From Sphagnum compactum (lineage: Eukaryota): DNA of 64,000 nt. The DNA lies in assembly GCA_965153455.1 (NCBI GenBank), contig OZ234493.1, forward strand, positions 29,254,213 through 29,318,212, read 5' to 3'. Positions 40,151 through 54,649 of this stretch are shown here, piece by piece. A program made the translations under genes and the position numbers. Position 1 is the stretch's first letter. Each line of letters begins with the position of its first letter. The notes beneath the pieces were generated by a model. It was not told the origin of the DNA. It did not search any database and saw only the letters and a list, made by a program, of their open reading frames with translations.

Positions 40151-43100
40151 GGTCAACAAAAAATAAAGGAAAAATTAAAATATTCTTATGTTTATGTAAC
40201 TTTATTAATGAGAGAATCTTAATGTTTTTGAACAAAATAATACAATGACAAACCCAAAATAAAGTTAAAAATCAGTGGCTATAAAACTACCTAAATGTTA
40301 ATTAACTAATGTGTGAAGCAAAACTAAGAAGAAAAAAGGAAAGATGTTGAGGGGGGAAAAAAAGCCTAGACCACAATGTTAGTTAAGTAATCCTTGAGAA
40401 AAAACAAAAAATAAAAGATAAGAAAAGGGGCAATGGCCCACTACTAACTAATTCATACATTACCAAATGCACTATTCACCAAGATGCCATTAATTTGGGA
40501 ACAAAAATAAAAATATGTTGCCACTTTAATCCGGAGTCTTCAATTTCACAAGATGCTTCTGAATTCTAATAATGGTATAGTTTTTGGGCAAGATAATGGA
40601 ATATTGGCAATCACAGAAATAGGGGCAAAGAAAAAACCCCTAAACAATAAAGATAATATGGAAAAATGTGAAGTATATAGTGGTACGTTGGTATGTGGTA
40701 TGTGATATGTGATATGTGGGTATGTTGTATGTTGGTATGTGGGTACGTGGTGTGTTGGTATGTGATAAGTGATATGTTGGTATGGTGATAGGTATTGAAA
40801 ATGTGGATGTTTTTGTCAACTTTTTGGTAAAAATAAAAAATGAACTTAAAAATCAGCAATAAGGAAAAATTATGATCATATTGAAACTTTAAAGGTGTGG
40901 CCTTACAATATGTAATAAAGACCTATCTACATTAAAAAACAGTGAATTGCATACAAAATACAAAATATCTCAATGAAAGCAAAATCCTAAAAAAATTCAA
41001 ACACAAGAAGAATTTCCCACAACTTCTCTAACAACCTCTACAACAACTATTTGGGGTTGGAATTTCTCATTGTAGGCACCAAGTTCCGCAATTGGACTCA
41101 AGTGGAAAGTACCAAAAACTTTCAAAATTTCCAAGGAGTTTAGTCATAGATGAGTTGTCACTAGAATATTTTGCCATAAAATCCTTTTCTTGAAATCTAA
41201 ACAAAGGAAACAACCAAGGAGTTTTGACATGGGAAATGCATGGTGGACCATCAACAACCTCAATTGTGGTATTGATGTGAATATCGAAAGCACATGCTGC
41301 AACAACTTTACACAAATTGCAGAAATACAACCCATTAAAAGGTTGTTGGTAAATATCACCGAGTTTTCATTTGAAGCAAGGGTCCAACCACGCTATTAGG
41401 AATCACACATGCCCCCTTAGACCACTGTTTTATTCTTAGAATATTCTTTATAATAAATAAATATATCTTTCAAAAAATCATCAAATTTTTTTAAAGTTTT
41501 CTTAATACTATTATGTTAAGGTGTATATTTAAAAAATCCCAAAATATGTCATTAAAAAATATTTTCAAATTGTGCTTTTAGTGTCAAAATTGTTTGTAAG
41601 CTGCTTTTATGCAAATTTTAAAGCAATAGTTATAAGAGGTTAAAAGTCCTTATGCGTATTTTTCACTCATTAGATTGATTCTAATTTTTAATGATATGTA
41701 CATAATGTACTCACAATAACATTTTATAAAAAAAAAAATTACAATCCAAAATTCAAAAAATTAAACAATGATTACAATTGAACGAGTTATGTGTAGAGTA
41801 TAGCCTTAGAATGAAGGACCTTTAAAAAATGTGTAGCCAGAATAGGCTATTGTGGTGGGTGGAAGGCATTTAGGGAATGCCCACCACACATGTGTTTTAC
41901 TCACATAAGACACAAGATTAACATAATCATGAACCTCAACAATATAATATAACTTATGCACTTCCAAGAGTTTACAGACACATAATCAGCCAAGTTTATA
42001 TTGATGAAGAATAATTGGAAAAAATAGTCACCATATACAAGAAAATATAAAACCAATCTTAATGCTCTCTAATTGCTACAGATGCACTACAAAATAACAA
42101 GTGAACATCAAGAGCAATCAGCATGAATATGCATTTGCTAAGTTGAGTTAACTAGAATGTAAATCCTTGTCCTTGCATGAAGTAATGTGTAACACCAATA
42201 TCATAGACATGCAATAATCCCCAAGTAAACAAGAAAACCTAACTAACCTATCTCACTATTATATTTGAACTTAAAATTGATGTTATTAACCATTGGCAGA
42301 TGACAACATACACACTAAATCTATTAATTTAAGTAGTAAAGTGATATGTGATATCCAACAAGGCATCACAAACACGTTAGCCCTGCCAATAGATAAGATG
42401 TAGTACATGTGCATTTATGTATGTACACAAATACATATATTATTTTGTGATTTATTTGTATGTGTTTGTGTCTATGTGCATATATGTGTTTATACATGTG
42501 TAACAATGTTAAGATTATTATAGTTGCAATATTGAACCACTTATGTGATGATAATTAATTACAAGCACATAATAGATTTCACCAACATTGTAATTAATAT
42601 TAATAATTCATTTAAAACTAAATTTTGCTAATTCACTATCTATGTTCGTAATGTGAATTTTTCAATTCTTGCAAATAATGATTATATTGAAATTAATAGA
42701 TGTCTTAATATTTATAAAATGGTTATATTTATTTAATATGTGTTAATATTTTTTTAATTATTTTTGTTAGATTTGGATATACAATTTACAAATTTAAAAA
42801 CGTCCTCTTTAAAAAATTTGTAAAGTTAATGTAATTACAACTTTATATTTTCATATTATACTACAACTATTGTAATATTAATCTTGGTATATATTTTTTT
42901 TTCTATGATTTTTTGTCAAATAAAAAAAAGTTATAATGAATTTTTATATCTTAATATGGATACCATTTTTGTACTTAATGTAAATAGTATTTTTTGTGAA
43001 CTAATGTGTCTTTTACTTGTGGTTCAAAATTGCCAATTTGAGTTAAAATTTTAAATCAGAATTTACATTTTAAATTTAAGTTTGGGTTACAATAAAAAAT

Positions 43101-46100
43101 GAATACTATAATTTTTCTTTTTCAATTACAATGTCCATAGTTAAATTTTATGGTATAAAGGTTTTGGTATGTAATTTAATGTTATTGAGTTTTAGAATTA
43201 TGTAAATAATTGTTTTTTAAAAATTTAAGCATTCCATTGATAAAAAAATATGAAATGATTTTGATTTTAATAATTTGAGCAAAAAGATGTATAAAAATTT
43301 ACAAAAAGAAATTTGTAATTCAAACCCCTAAAAACCCATCAATTCATCACTAGCCAAAAAATTCCCATTATTCAATGCAAAATCCCAAAATTCAAAATTC
43401 CAGAATCCATATAAATCCAATATATGAAATCCAAAATTGAAGTTCAAAATTTTGGTGTAACACTAAAGATGTGTGAAACCAAGGTAATATTGTAGTCTAC
43501 CAAAATTGTTGTGTATCTCTTCTTTATTATAACTATTGCAAAGAACCTTTCAACTCACTATTTTGTGAAGTTTTCACCTTGGCATTCGAGCAAAGTATGA
43601 TGATTTGACCCTTGTGTTTTCAAACTACCCTTACCTTAAATCAAAGAATGTGACTTCTCACTCTTAGAAGAACAAAAACAAAACCAACTAGTTCTGCAAT
43701 TGGACTCAAAACAAATTTCCTTTTTGGTTTTTTCTCTTTAAACAAACAGAGGTGTTAGCCCACCAATGTTCATTTCATTTAGCAAAGTCACTAATTAAAG
43801 CTTTTATGACTAGGACTTAGTAGCTATGCAACAAGCACATGTTCTCAAACACAATGAAACAAGAAGGTAATGGAAAAGGACTTTTAGGGTGCATAGACCA
43901 AATGACCAGTCTTGAACTATATGGGTTGACTATGAACATTAGTAGAACACACCCATGACAAAGGCACATGCATACGACCTAGTGGTTGACTAAAAATATG
44001 GAAGGGAAGAGGCAACAAAACCCACTTTGCTTAATAACAATTGCTCTACATCTTGTGCCTTCTTTGATCCTTGATTCTTTTGGTCATCATCTCTTCTCAT
44101 TCTATCGAGCTTGGATATATGATGGGAACACAACCACATTAGACTAGGAAATGTCATGTGATCACAAAAATCCAAGAACATGGGGGACAAAAATATAGCA
44201 CCAATCAACTTTCTCCCCCAAAAATATTAGTGATGGAAATTAGAAGGAATCAAAGTACATTTGCCACAAAGCAAAAACCTTATGGTGATCAAGTATCATT
44301 CAGGAAAAAGGACTATGCTAGAATTTGCAAGACCAAATGTGCTACAAGATATGCACGTGTCTTGAGGAAACATGCATAAATACAACTACACTAAAACTAT
44401 TTCTATTGCATGCATGAGTAACTTGAACCTTGATCAATGAAAAAGAATCAAACATTCCAAACTCAAAAGACTAACAAACCACAACTATCAATTGGAACAA
44501 AACTTCTAACAACAACTAGAAAGATACCCAAAATGTATTGCCAAATTCTGTGATGATTTGGTTTTGCAAACAAGCAAGGGATGATCATACTTGCATTGGA
44601 GAAGCCTTATGAAGTGTTGAGGTGGAATGAATGACCACTTTATATCAATTTAAGGGCAACAACCATCTTTTTTATTATGCACAACACTCATCCAATGCAA
44701 CATTTGCAATGGCTACAATCTGCCAATAGAACATGGACGGGAAAAGGAAGAACTTGAAGTGTCTATTGAATGGCCACCCTACATGAATTATAATTTAGTG
44801 ATAATACATCACACAAGTATATCTTTTGATAGACATCAAGAAGAAGTACCTCTCTCTTTGGGGGTGCAAATCTTCCCAAGCTAGGGGTGACAAATGCAAA
44901 AGTTGACACAAAATCAATAAGGATCTGATGAACTTGTCATGAAGAAATCAATAAGTTTATAATCTTGTGCCTAATTTGTTCATGGTAGAAAAAATCGACA
45001 CAACAAGTTTAATTTTAGTGACATCCTTACAACATGTTCAAGTAGGAATCTAATAAATAGTGGCTTGATGTAACATAAATTTCTAGAACAAGGAAAAGCA
45101 TCAAACTTTAGATGAGAATAATACCTCATCGACACACATTTTTGTCAACTCCGTAACCAAATCCAATGCTTGTTTGATAAGTGCATCGAAACCTTTTTCA
45201 AGAAATAAAAGGAAAGGAAAATGCCATCTGCTTGAAGCACCAATTGCCACAAGGAACCCAATGAAATTTATTAAGAACATATGTAAACACGAACATACCA
45301 ACTAAAGCTTGAATGACCAAGAGCCTCATGTAAGTGCCCTTCTCCTAGTACTACTTCCATGTAAATAGTGGTGATACATGGAATGTATTGCTCATGCACT
45401 ATAGTGAATAGTGTATTTTTTAATACATTAACGACTACCCTACAATAACCATAAACTTGAAAAATGTGACAACTTTTTGTCCATGTAATTTTGAAATTTT
45501 TCCCACCATTACCTACAAAATACATATGTATCATGAAAATTATGTTGTAGGGGAGGTTCCCATGCAAATGGGTTCCCATACAACATGAGGGAAAGTCGCA
45601 TAAGGGCAATATCCTAAGGGTGTTCTCGACCGATGGAGAACACATGAGTATGGGAACCTCTATGTACATAAAAATCTCTTCTTTTTTTTCCTCCATTCTT
45701 TCCTCGTTTTCTTGAATTTTCTTGATTTGTCCCTTTCCTCCTTGTGCTTTTGAATTTTCATAATCCATCCCATCAAAAAATCTTTCAATGGGAACATGGA
45801 ATGTAAAAATATAAAGGGATCTTCTACTTGAGAAATCCCTCAAAATACAAAGAGAAATAATAAGGATCTTCTGCTGGGGAAATCCCTCAAAATACAAAGA
45901 GAAATAAAAAGAGAGGTTTTTACAATGAACACATAACATGATGCATGATGGCATGATGCATTGATACATTATAATTCTGATACATTACAAAATAAAACAA
46001 AAATGATCATTGTTGCCTACAATATTTATTACTGCATGAAAAATATTTTATTAACAATTTCACTTATTTTACTCACGTGCACATACTTTTGAATTGGGGC

Positions 46101-46160
46101 AAAATATCCATTGATTTCCAAAAAGTACAAATATAAGCAGTTGATAAGCACCTACCATCA

Positions 46161-47100
46161 AAACCTAGTGATCATTTTATGTTAGAAATGAAACTAGTTG
46201 AAAAATGGTTTCATAATTTAACTTGGCATTAAATACAACATTCTAATTAAAAACCTAATGATCATTTTATGCTAGAAATAAACAATAGTTGAAAAGTGTT
46301 TTCATAGTTTAACTTGGCATTAAGTACAACATTCTACTTAGAACCTAGCAATCATTTTATGCTGGAAATGAACGTATTAGTTGAAAGTGATTTCATAGTT
46401 TAACTTGCCATAAAGTACAACATCTATCTATGAAGGAAAGTAGTTTGTTTTGTTTTTTTGTCATGCTGAAATCTCCCAAACCATGGCACTTCATGTCACA
46501 CTCTTGATATTTTTGGAAATCTCTTGATGGGCAGGGGTGCACTAACTTGGTTTAAGACTATTTGGAGCTATGGTGTGGAAGCTATTGATTGTTGAACCAT
46601 TTTCTCAATGAAAACTATATAAAATCAAGACTGAAAACTGTATTGGAATTTGAGGGCATTCTTGGTGTTGTTGGAAAGCCCTTGGCGAGGTAGATTTAAT
46701 AGAGTTTATTTCACAATTTTCAGAGCTAAGATGCAGAAGATATTGATTTTTGAGTGGATTTTGTTGCTGGAAATTCAAACAAATTGCAAAAATTGGGTTT
46801 GGAAGGAAAAATCAGTTGAGCCCGCAATGAGTTCACATTGGCAAATTTAGAAATTTTCAATTCTGAAAATGTGAAACTTTTTAAAAATGTGTTCACACTT
46901 GGGCCAACAGCACAGACTACACAAGTTCTAATTTCTGCTGGAAACAGGAACGTCACTTGAAAAGTACCTTCATAATTTATCTCGGCATTAAGTACAACAT
47001 TCTAATTAAAACCTAGTGTTCATTTTATGCTAGAAATGAACACTAGCTGAAAAGTGTGGCTTCATGGTTTCATTTGGCATTAAGTACAACATTCTAATTA
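46161..47100. repeat. Tandem repeat, ~90-bp unit x~5, interrupted by a Helitron-like insertion
   Basis: 'aaccta.tgatcattttatg.tagaaat...ttcata.tttaacttggcattaagtacaacattcta' repeated on both sides of 46423-46925. Confidence 0.9.
46423..46925 (+). mobile_element. Non-autonomous Helitron-like insertion (503 bp)
   Basis: Starts with TC and ends with CAAG (one change from CTAG). Inserted between A and T with no TSD. The empty site aagtacaaca|ttcta is visible in neighbouring repeat units. Confidence 0.75.
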
Positions 47101-47875
47101 ATATTTTTATATTGAATTCAAAGCTGTAATAAAAATATAACAACCTTTGTCATGAGTGACTAGAGCAACTCCATCCACAACAATAAAATGGCCTCTACAA
47201 TGTAACCTTGGATGAGGTATAGTACCTCAAATAGCGTAGAAAACAGGGCTTCAAATAGTGGAGAACTGGATTGAAGTACCCACCTCCATATTGTTTAAAA
47301 CTAAGTTTGGCCATCTAAATTTGCACCAGATACAATGATTGTAAAAGGGCCATCAAAAAAGCACAACACTGCTTCTGATTGGTTGCCATAAAGATTGGCC
47401 GAATTGGTGGCATTTAAGTTGCAAATATGGAGTAATCAGAAAGCTTCCAAGCTCAGGATTCCTCACTTGTATCACTAAAAGCAAATAATTCATCAATAAT
47501 GGTTGCTCTTGGCAGGTCCACATGTAGCCTACACCAATGTTAATGCAATTCCAGATCTTTATGGTGAAGTGCATGTTTTGCAAGATGAGCCAGCCTTACT
47601 AGTTCAATTACTAGCAATTGCTGCACCCATAAGTATCTGAAACATAAAACAGCTATGCAAGAGAATGTCCTACTTTCATCATAACAATGTGTCAAATCCT
47701 GAATAATATGGTTACTAAGCTAATTGGCACAAGTGAAAGCTCATGATTCACACTAGTGTTTTTAAGATTACCACCCACCATAAGGCTCTTTGTGTCTGCA
47801 ACATTGCAGATTGAAGAAAATAACACCGAGTTTGTAATACTTGATCCAGTAAATCAATCAACCACATGTTGGTAA

Positions 47876-50451
47876 CTACAAAGACAATTTTGGTGAGAGT
47901 GATACTTGCCTCAAAAAAGTCATGAGAACCCTGTTATACTCTTTAGCTTTTTCAAGTTGAGGTGCATGGCCTGCATGCTTCAGTACAACCACCTCTGCAT
48001 TATCACCTATATACCTGTAAGAAGACAATAGGCAACCAAATTCAAGGCAAAGTATCTTGATTGCATTTCAATTACAGGTCGGTTTGTCTATAATTCAGAT
48101 ATTCCTGTCAGTGAAGAAGCCTAATTCGTGCATGCAAAGTTCATATAGTGGTATTTTATTAGCCCAGTGTGCAGACCAGTCTCAAGCATGCAGATGGCTG
48201 ACATAAAGAAGAGAGAAGGAACTTACTCTTTGAGGTCATATGCTAAACTGACATTGAAAATACCATCACTTTCACCCCATATAATAAGTGTGTCCTGCAA
48301 AAATCATTCCATTCATCATCATTTTCTCTCCATACAACACATGTGCCACACAAAATCATTCTAGAAAGCAAATATCAACAATAGTACTGAGGATTTCTCA
48401 ATACAAATGATTTAAATCAACCTGAAAAGAAATGAGAGATGACTGGGTAATCAGGTTATGGATATTCCAGAACTGACAACACAATCACAACCAATCAGCA
48501 AGCATGAATATAAAGGGAAGCCCTCCAGCCCCAAAGAAAAGAGGCAAAAAGGATCACAAAACAAAATTGAGGAGCAGTTTGAATGACAACAAAGGTCATA
48601 CATGTGTTAAGGGACCTCCAACAGCCATTTGTATGGCATTAACCATCTAGCTGAACATCCTGACTAACTTCATCAGTCCCCAGCAATGGGCGAAGGTTAA
48701 TATCAAGCAAAATCAACATATCGAGCTTCAGTCACAAGACTGGCAGTAACAGGAATCATTCTAAAACAGCAAATGATGTTCCAAGACCCCATTACAAAGC
48801 TTCACAAGAAAAAGTGGATCTGAACTAACTGCATTGCAAACACGTGCCGGTTATAACATAATTCAAATGCACATACTTAAAGATAATGATATAAGGTGCC
48901 AGTTACAAGCATCATAAATAAGGGTTTAAACCTTATATATAACGTCACCAACCTGGGTAACCTTGGGTAAGGGTGGTGCATTAGGCTTCCGGAGCTGTAA
49001 TCCATCAAGAAGCTCCAACTTCTCCTTCCTGTTTTTGTTGAAGACTGTCTGAAATTTGCCCAGATGCACTCTCCATGTCAGCCTCAAAACTTGACAGAGA
49101 TTTCTGAATGCAGCCTGACACAGGAATTCAAAAAATATCAAAAAGAAATGTGAAAAGGGACACTGGTGTCATTCAGAATTAGGGATTTACAGCAAAAGAC
49201 TTACTTCGAGAACATCTTCCCAAATGAAGGAGGGGACAGGAAAGAGTGGCTGTGAATGGATTGCCAATCTCCATGCTCGCCTTAAACCTTCTACAGTACT
49301 GGGCATCAGTACCTCTGCCACATTTTCAGTACCGAACTTGTCAACAATTGCCTGATCAGTGTCAGGTGTCATGTTCACTCCAGAGCTTGACAGGACAAGC
49401 TTGTGCACAGCATGGGGGTACAGGTGGGCAAGTCTATATGCCACAAAGCCACCATAGCTTGTCCCAACCACGCTAAACTTGAATACATTCAGCTGCTGAA
49501 GAAGCTTTAGCACACACTCTGCCTGGCATCATCTACCCACAGAGTTTCATATCAATGCCTAGGTGAAACATAAAACCTAAATACTGCCATATTTCCTCCA
49601 ACAACCAATGAGGTTTGACACTGTAACCAATCTTTACATTCTGCCTGAGAACAACCCAATAACTGAACACTCTTTGGGGTTCAGTCTTGCACACATATAC
49701 ACTAGGACTTTCTGTTGTCTTGTGATTTGTGATAAGCACAATGGTGGTGCAACCCATAGAGTGGAGAAATTTTCCTCACAGACAAAACCACATTTTAGTC
49801 CTGGATTAGCATGACCTAAGAATTTCCACTGGAATATTTTGAACCCTTGCCACTTCCACCCTAAAACCCTAGACCACTACATCTGCTCTCTTATGGTACA
49901 ATCCATTTGCAACCAAGGTCTTACTTTCTCCACAATCCATGGGAATGTGGGAAAAGAAAATTAGGTGAAGAACTGATGATGCTCAATGGATGCATTTTTT
50001 AAACCTTCAAGATTCATTAAAATTTTGGCACTGTGATGTTTCAAATGCTGTAGGAGAAACAAGAGGCAGTGAAGAAGAAGACTGTGAGGCAGCAATCAGT
50101 CACCTGAAAGAATTCGGTTCTGGAAGAGTTGGTAGTGTAGGAGTCTCCACAAAAGAGAAGGTCAGGAATATACAAGTCAAAGCATTTTGAGAATCTGGAG
50201 ATTTGACGGCCCCATGTAAAGGCATCCGCACCAAAAGCATGGAGGAAAACCAATGCCGGTTTTTTGTCGTCGGTATGAGCAAGCTTCAGGCTGCTGCTGC
50301 TGCTGACTGTTACAGTCTGTGGCATCCAGCAGTGCATAGTGGTGCCATTGTCAAGCTCCACTATGCGGCTAAACAGCCCACAGGAGTTGAAGTAGATTTT
50401 CATGCATTGGTTGATCATACGAGCAGGGCTGAAGCTCAACAGGCTACCCAT
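47876..50451 (-). CDS. Alpha/beta-hydrolase fold protein (abhydrolase_1; ABHD6/MhpC-like), 322 aa, 5 exons
   Basis: Exons 50451-50104, 49522-49205, 49048-48953, 48294-48227 and 48014-47876 (GT-AG, phases 0,0,0,2). Motifs LVFLHAFG, PDLLFCGDS, GTSYGG (nucleophile elbow), IIWGESD and AGHAPQLE. Confidence 0.92.
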
Positions 50452-53229
50452 TATCCAATAGCCTCAGAAAGTAGCTGTCTTACTAACAAATACTGAGCAC
50501 TCCGAGAGAAGAAAAAGACGAAGAAGAAGAAACCCAAAAGAAGCTCAATACAAGAAAGAAAAACAAAAGAACTGCAAAAACACACCAACCCACGTTCTCT
50601 AAAACCCCGAGTCGTTCATGGGTACAACAATCCTCTCTCACCATCAAAAACAAATTGCAAAAACACATAGAAAAACCATAAAACCGAGTGATTTGCTCTA
50701 GAGAAGAAACAAGTGCGATGGCGCTGCTCTGCTGCTGCTGCGGGGTGCTGTTGCGGCAGCATTCATTGCTCCCGTCGGTAGTTAGGCCTAGGAGACTGAA
50801 GGACACCACTGCGCTGCTGCAGCTGGTGCTGCTGCGGTCTTCACTAAGGACCAGAGGTAAGGACTCTGACTGTCTCTGTCAATGCTCTTTTTGTTTTGGG
50901 AAATTTGCCCGCGGCGAAGTCGAGGGGTACTTATTTTGGGAACGCCTCGCTCCGAGGAGGCTGGTGGTGGTGCCCTGCGTAAAGCACCAGCAGAAGTGTT
51001 TAGTTTTTACCAGAGTGGGGCAGGATGGTAGTACTAGAATTTGCACCAAAACCCTTCTGGGTATCAATTCGGGTATCAAAGTTGATAACCATCATTATTA
51101 TGAACAAAATTCAAAATACCCAGTTTTGATCTATTGTGATGAAAAACTAGTGGATGATACTCTGTATGGATGATGCAGTACTTATCATCATCTGCTGAAA
51201 GTAGAATACGACAAGGCTTTTGGTAGTTGATGGTGATTGGAAGAGGGATATGGGTTGTTGTTTTTGTTTTTGCTCTTTGTTTGTTTTCTTGCGGGTTGTG
51301 AGTGCAATGAGTTTTTATCATTGACAACACTCACTATGTTTGTGGTTCTTCTTTGGGTGAGCTTTCTGTGGTGTACTTCTGTTGTGCAATGGTTTTGGTT
51401 GGACGTCAATCAAGGAGGGAGGTGGTGTGGAGGATAAGTATCAAGAACTTTTCAGATGGAAGCAATTAAGTATTTTCTGAGTTTTTTTAAGTAGAGAAGT
51501 GTGAAAGTTTTTAGGAAGTTGATTATGATGAAAGGGATGAATGCCTTGCTATGAAAATTGCATTCTTCTTGGGGAGGTTATGCAAATTCCATTGCACCAT
51601 ATGCCTCTTTTGGAGAGATGTAGTTTAGAAGCAAAACTAAGGGTCAATGGTCAGAGATATAATGAAGTGCCTTAAGATTTCGGGAGTGACCACTTTAGCA
51701 AACCAATTGTCGTGTATGGGGATTGTGTTGTGGGGTGATTTTGACAAGTGGTGTTTAGGAAGAGAGTACCCATTTTGTTGGGACCTCCAAATGGATGTCT
51801 TGTCCCTATAATCAGGGTGTTATTGGGCGTCCAGTTGGGGGAGCAATTCGTTGTGTTTGTCAAACTTCTTGAAGTGGATCTTGTGAATATTAAATTTCTC
51901 ATTCTTGGGTTTGGGGAGTCATCATCATTGTGAGATTATTCAATGTTATGATGTATTTGGATTTATGCAACCAATAGAGTGTGGGACTCATGGTATTGAT
52001 GTTTGTAAGGATTGAGATTTGTTAGGAGGTAAATTCAACTCATGAAAGTGAAATTGGAACGATATGATCCCTAGAGACCCATAGAGAGGGCTGCATAGTT
52101 GGTTAGTATATGTTTATAGGGGAACTTGAGATCCCCTATCTTTTGGTATGAAAGCTATTTTTATTCTATTTGGCAATTTTATGTGTAAAAACAATGGAAA
52201 ATTGTTGTGAACAACATGAATAATAGAATTAATGCATTGAAATTTGATCAAAACCACTTTGAAGACCATCCACCACCAGGTACTTTGGTGATGCATGTAA
52301 CTGGATTTGCTACAATTGAAATTATAAGGTTTGATCCTATAAGGCCAAACCTAGGAATGTTGTTATTGGTGTAACATTGTTAGGGTTTTACATTCGAGCA
52401 ATAATGTGGTTGAAAACCTCGTGTGATGACTAAAATTGGATCTTCATCAACACAAGGAGTGCCAAATTTTTCTACATCTTTGGATGGCCTTATACTTTGA
52501 AATGAAAAACAGCGCATGTTTCATGAAAACCCTAATGTTGTGCTTAGATTAGGTGATTTATGGTTACCAGTTGACCAATCATTATTGGGAGAGTTTGTGA
52601 AGTTTTTCAAGCCATAGTATATTAATAGAATCAAGGAAGGGGATAAGGTGATTAGAGTGGAATTGGTTAGTTGTTCCACTTATGTACTAAGTTGGAAACT
52701 CTGCATAAATGGAAAAGGAGATTTGGTATGGGCTTATGCAAGGTGTGATAATATATGTTTCAACAACAAGATTTAAAAGGTAATAGACTGCATAGAGTGA
52801 CCTCTATAAAATTTTAAAGTTTAGAGAGCAACATTATTTTGTCTATGGGAAGGAAATCCCAATCCAAAGTAGAAGCAAACAAACTTCTAGAATCATATCC
52901 TTTTGTTTTTCTTCATTTAGAAATCAAAAAGGCTCTTCCATATGCTGGGGACATTTGGGTTCTAGCATTGCCTATGGATTAGAATAGATATGTCAAAATC
53001 TTTATACCTAGGATGGAACAATATTGGTTTAAACCTAGAGATAGGTTAGTGAAAATTAAGCATGTTGGGGTTATGTCTAGGTTATTGAATTGGATGTTTG
53101 AAATTGACCAAGTCGGATTACACAAGTGAATAGCAAAGAGTGAAGACCATGTTGACTTTTATGACTATTCCTAGTTGATTATTTTTGTCATCACTTGTAG
53201 TTGTTTCGGAGATTAAGTAGTGAATGCAT

Positions 53230-54420
53230 GATAGTATTTTAAAGGAATGGACAAGCTATTATTCTAGAGGAGGAATTTGAAGATGTCTTGGACTGGACCA
53301 AGAAATTAGAAATGGCATCGGAAGTACAAGGGTATGATGAGCTTAAATTTTCAAAATTGTCAGGCTAAACTTGTAGGGCAAGGCTAAGGACTGGTACAAG
53401 AAGTTTGAACCCACACCTATTAATTGAAATGAAATGAAAGTTGGGATGCAACAAAAATTTGGAGATGTTGACTTAGATGAATTGAAGATGAAGATGGATG
53501 TTGTTAAACAAAAACTTTGTCAAAGGGTTCAAATGTACTTTGATCGTTTGGATAAGTTGTTTAGGAAAGGGAAGGTTAGGATGTTGAACAAAGGTGTAGG
53601 TTGCTTGCACATCTATGTCCTGAAATTAAGAAGTTTTATATGGTTAAAAGTTATACTAATGTGGAAAAAATGTTGATAGCTACCAAGGATGTAAAAAGAA
53701 TATTGGGTGAGTTGGCAGTGACACCCTTTGAGCCTTTCAAGGAAGAATAGGAAGAAGGTATGCATAATGACTGCACTAGAGAAACAAGTAAATTTTTTTG
53801 AATGAATCATTCATCAATTTCTTCAACTTAGGTTCTTCATCTAGTGTTAAAATGAATCCACATATAACTGAAGGTTCTATAATGTGTTAGATTTGTAGAT
53901 CCAATGATCACATTGCCACAACTTGCTTGCTCATAGGAAACCTAAAACAAAAATGTGCTAAATGTGGTCATCCACATAAAATGAAACTTTGTGGAATGAA
54001 AAGGGGATATTGTTATGGTATGGGGCACACTTAAGACAAATGTTGGAAGCATGGAAAAGATGGTAAGGCACCATTTGCTACCAACAACTATTTAGAAGTT
54101 TTGATGGATGATAAAAAAACCACGTTGGAGAAGTTGAATAGATTGTGTGGTGCAAAGCATAATGTTTTCACTGGAGCCAAAATACCTAGGAGGCACGTAC
54201 TTATATAAATAGTTAATGGAAAAATGGTTAATGATTGTGAGGCTGGACATGTGGATCTAGGTAGAAGCTCCACAACAAGGTCCAAGATACTTATGCATTT
54301 CATAAAAAGGAAGATTTCGTTATCTCCCATGGAAACCATTTTGGTTATACCAGGAGAATTTGAATATTTAAAAAGCCTTGTTAAATTGGCAAATAATAAG
54401 CATGATGAAAGACTAATGTT
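53230..54420 (+). pseudogene. Gag remnant with Cys/His knuckles
   Basis: RVQMYFDRLDKLFRKGK; C*ICRSNDHIATTC, CAKCGHPH and CYGMGHT*DKCWK; ILMHFIKRKISLSPMETIL. Confidence 0.7.
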
Positions 54421-54649
54421 AATCAACTTAACTAGAATGGAAGGACCAACCACAGTACATAGGATTAATGTCCAAGGAAAGATTTTTGGGTGTTGGGAAA
54501 TGAGTTGGTGATGTGGGGGCACTAGGACATTTTAGCACCTTCCCATATTTTGCGTAACAATCACAAGCAATGCCCTCAACTTCAAGGACTAAGGATAATT
54601 CATTACTTCAACCCAAGGTATAGGTGACCACATAAACATGGGAATCAAA

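Larger units (their letters stand above)
34050..40860 (-). mobile_element. Decayed endonuclease-encoding rolling-circle transposon (Helentron/Helitron2 type): OTU, DUF6570, Rep, Pif1 helicase, APE endonuclease
   Basis: Ordered domain remnants on the minus strand with stops and frameshifts (see sub-features). Termini are approximate. Confidence 0.85.

Noticed and set aside
34050-42381. Short inverted match gctaaccgtgt / acacgttagc as Helentron termini
   Set aside because: Only ~10 bp with a gap, which could easily arise by chance.
46161-47100. CRISPR-like repeat/spacer pattern
   Set aside because: Whole ~90-bp units are repeated, and the single unique segment is a transposon insertion.
50483-51437. 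ORFs upstream of the hydrolase gene
   Set aside because: Low-complexity 5'UTR/promoter sequence with no domain signal.
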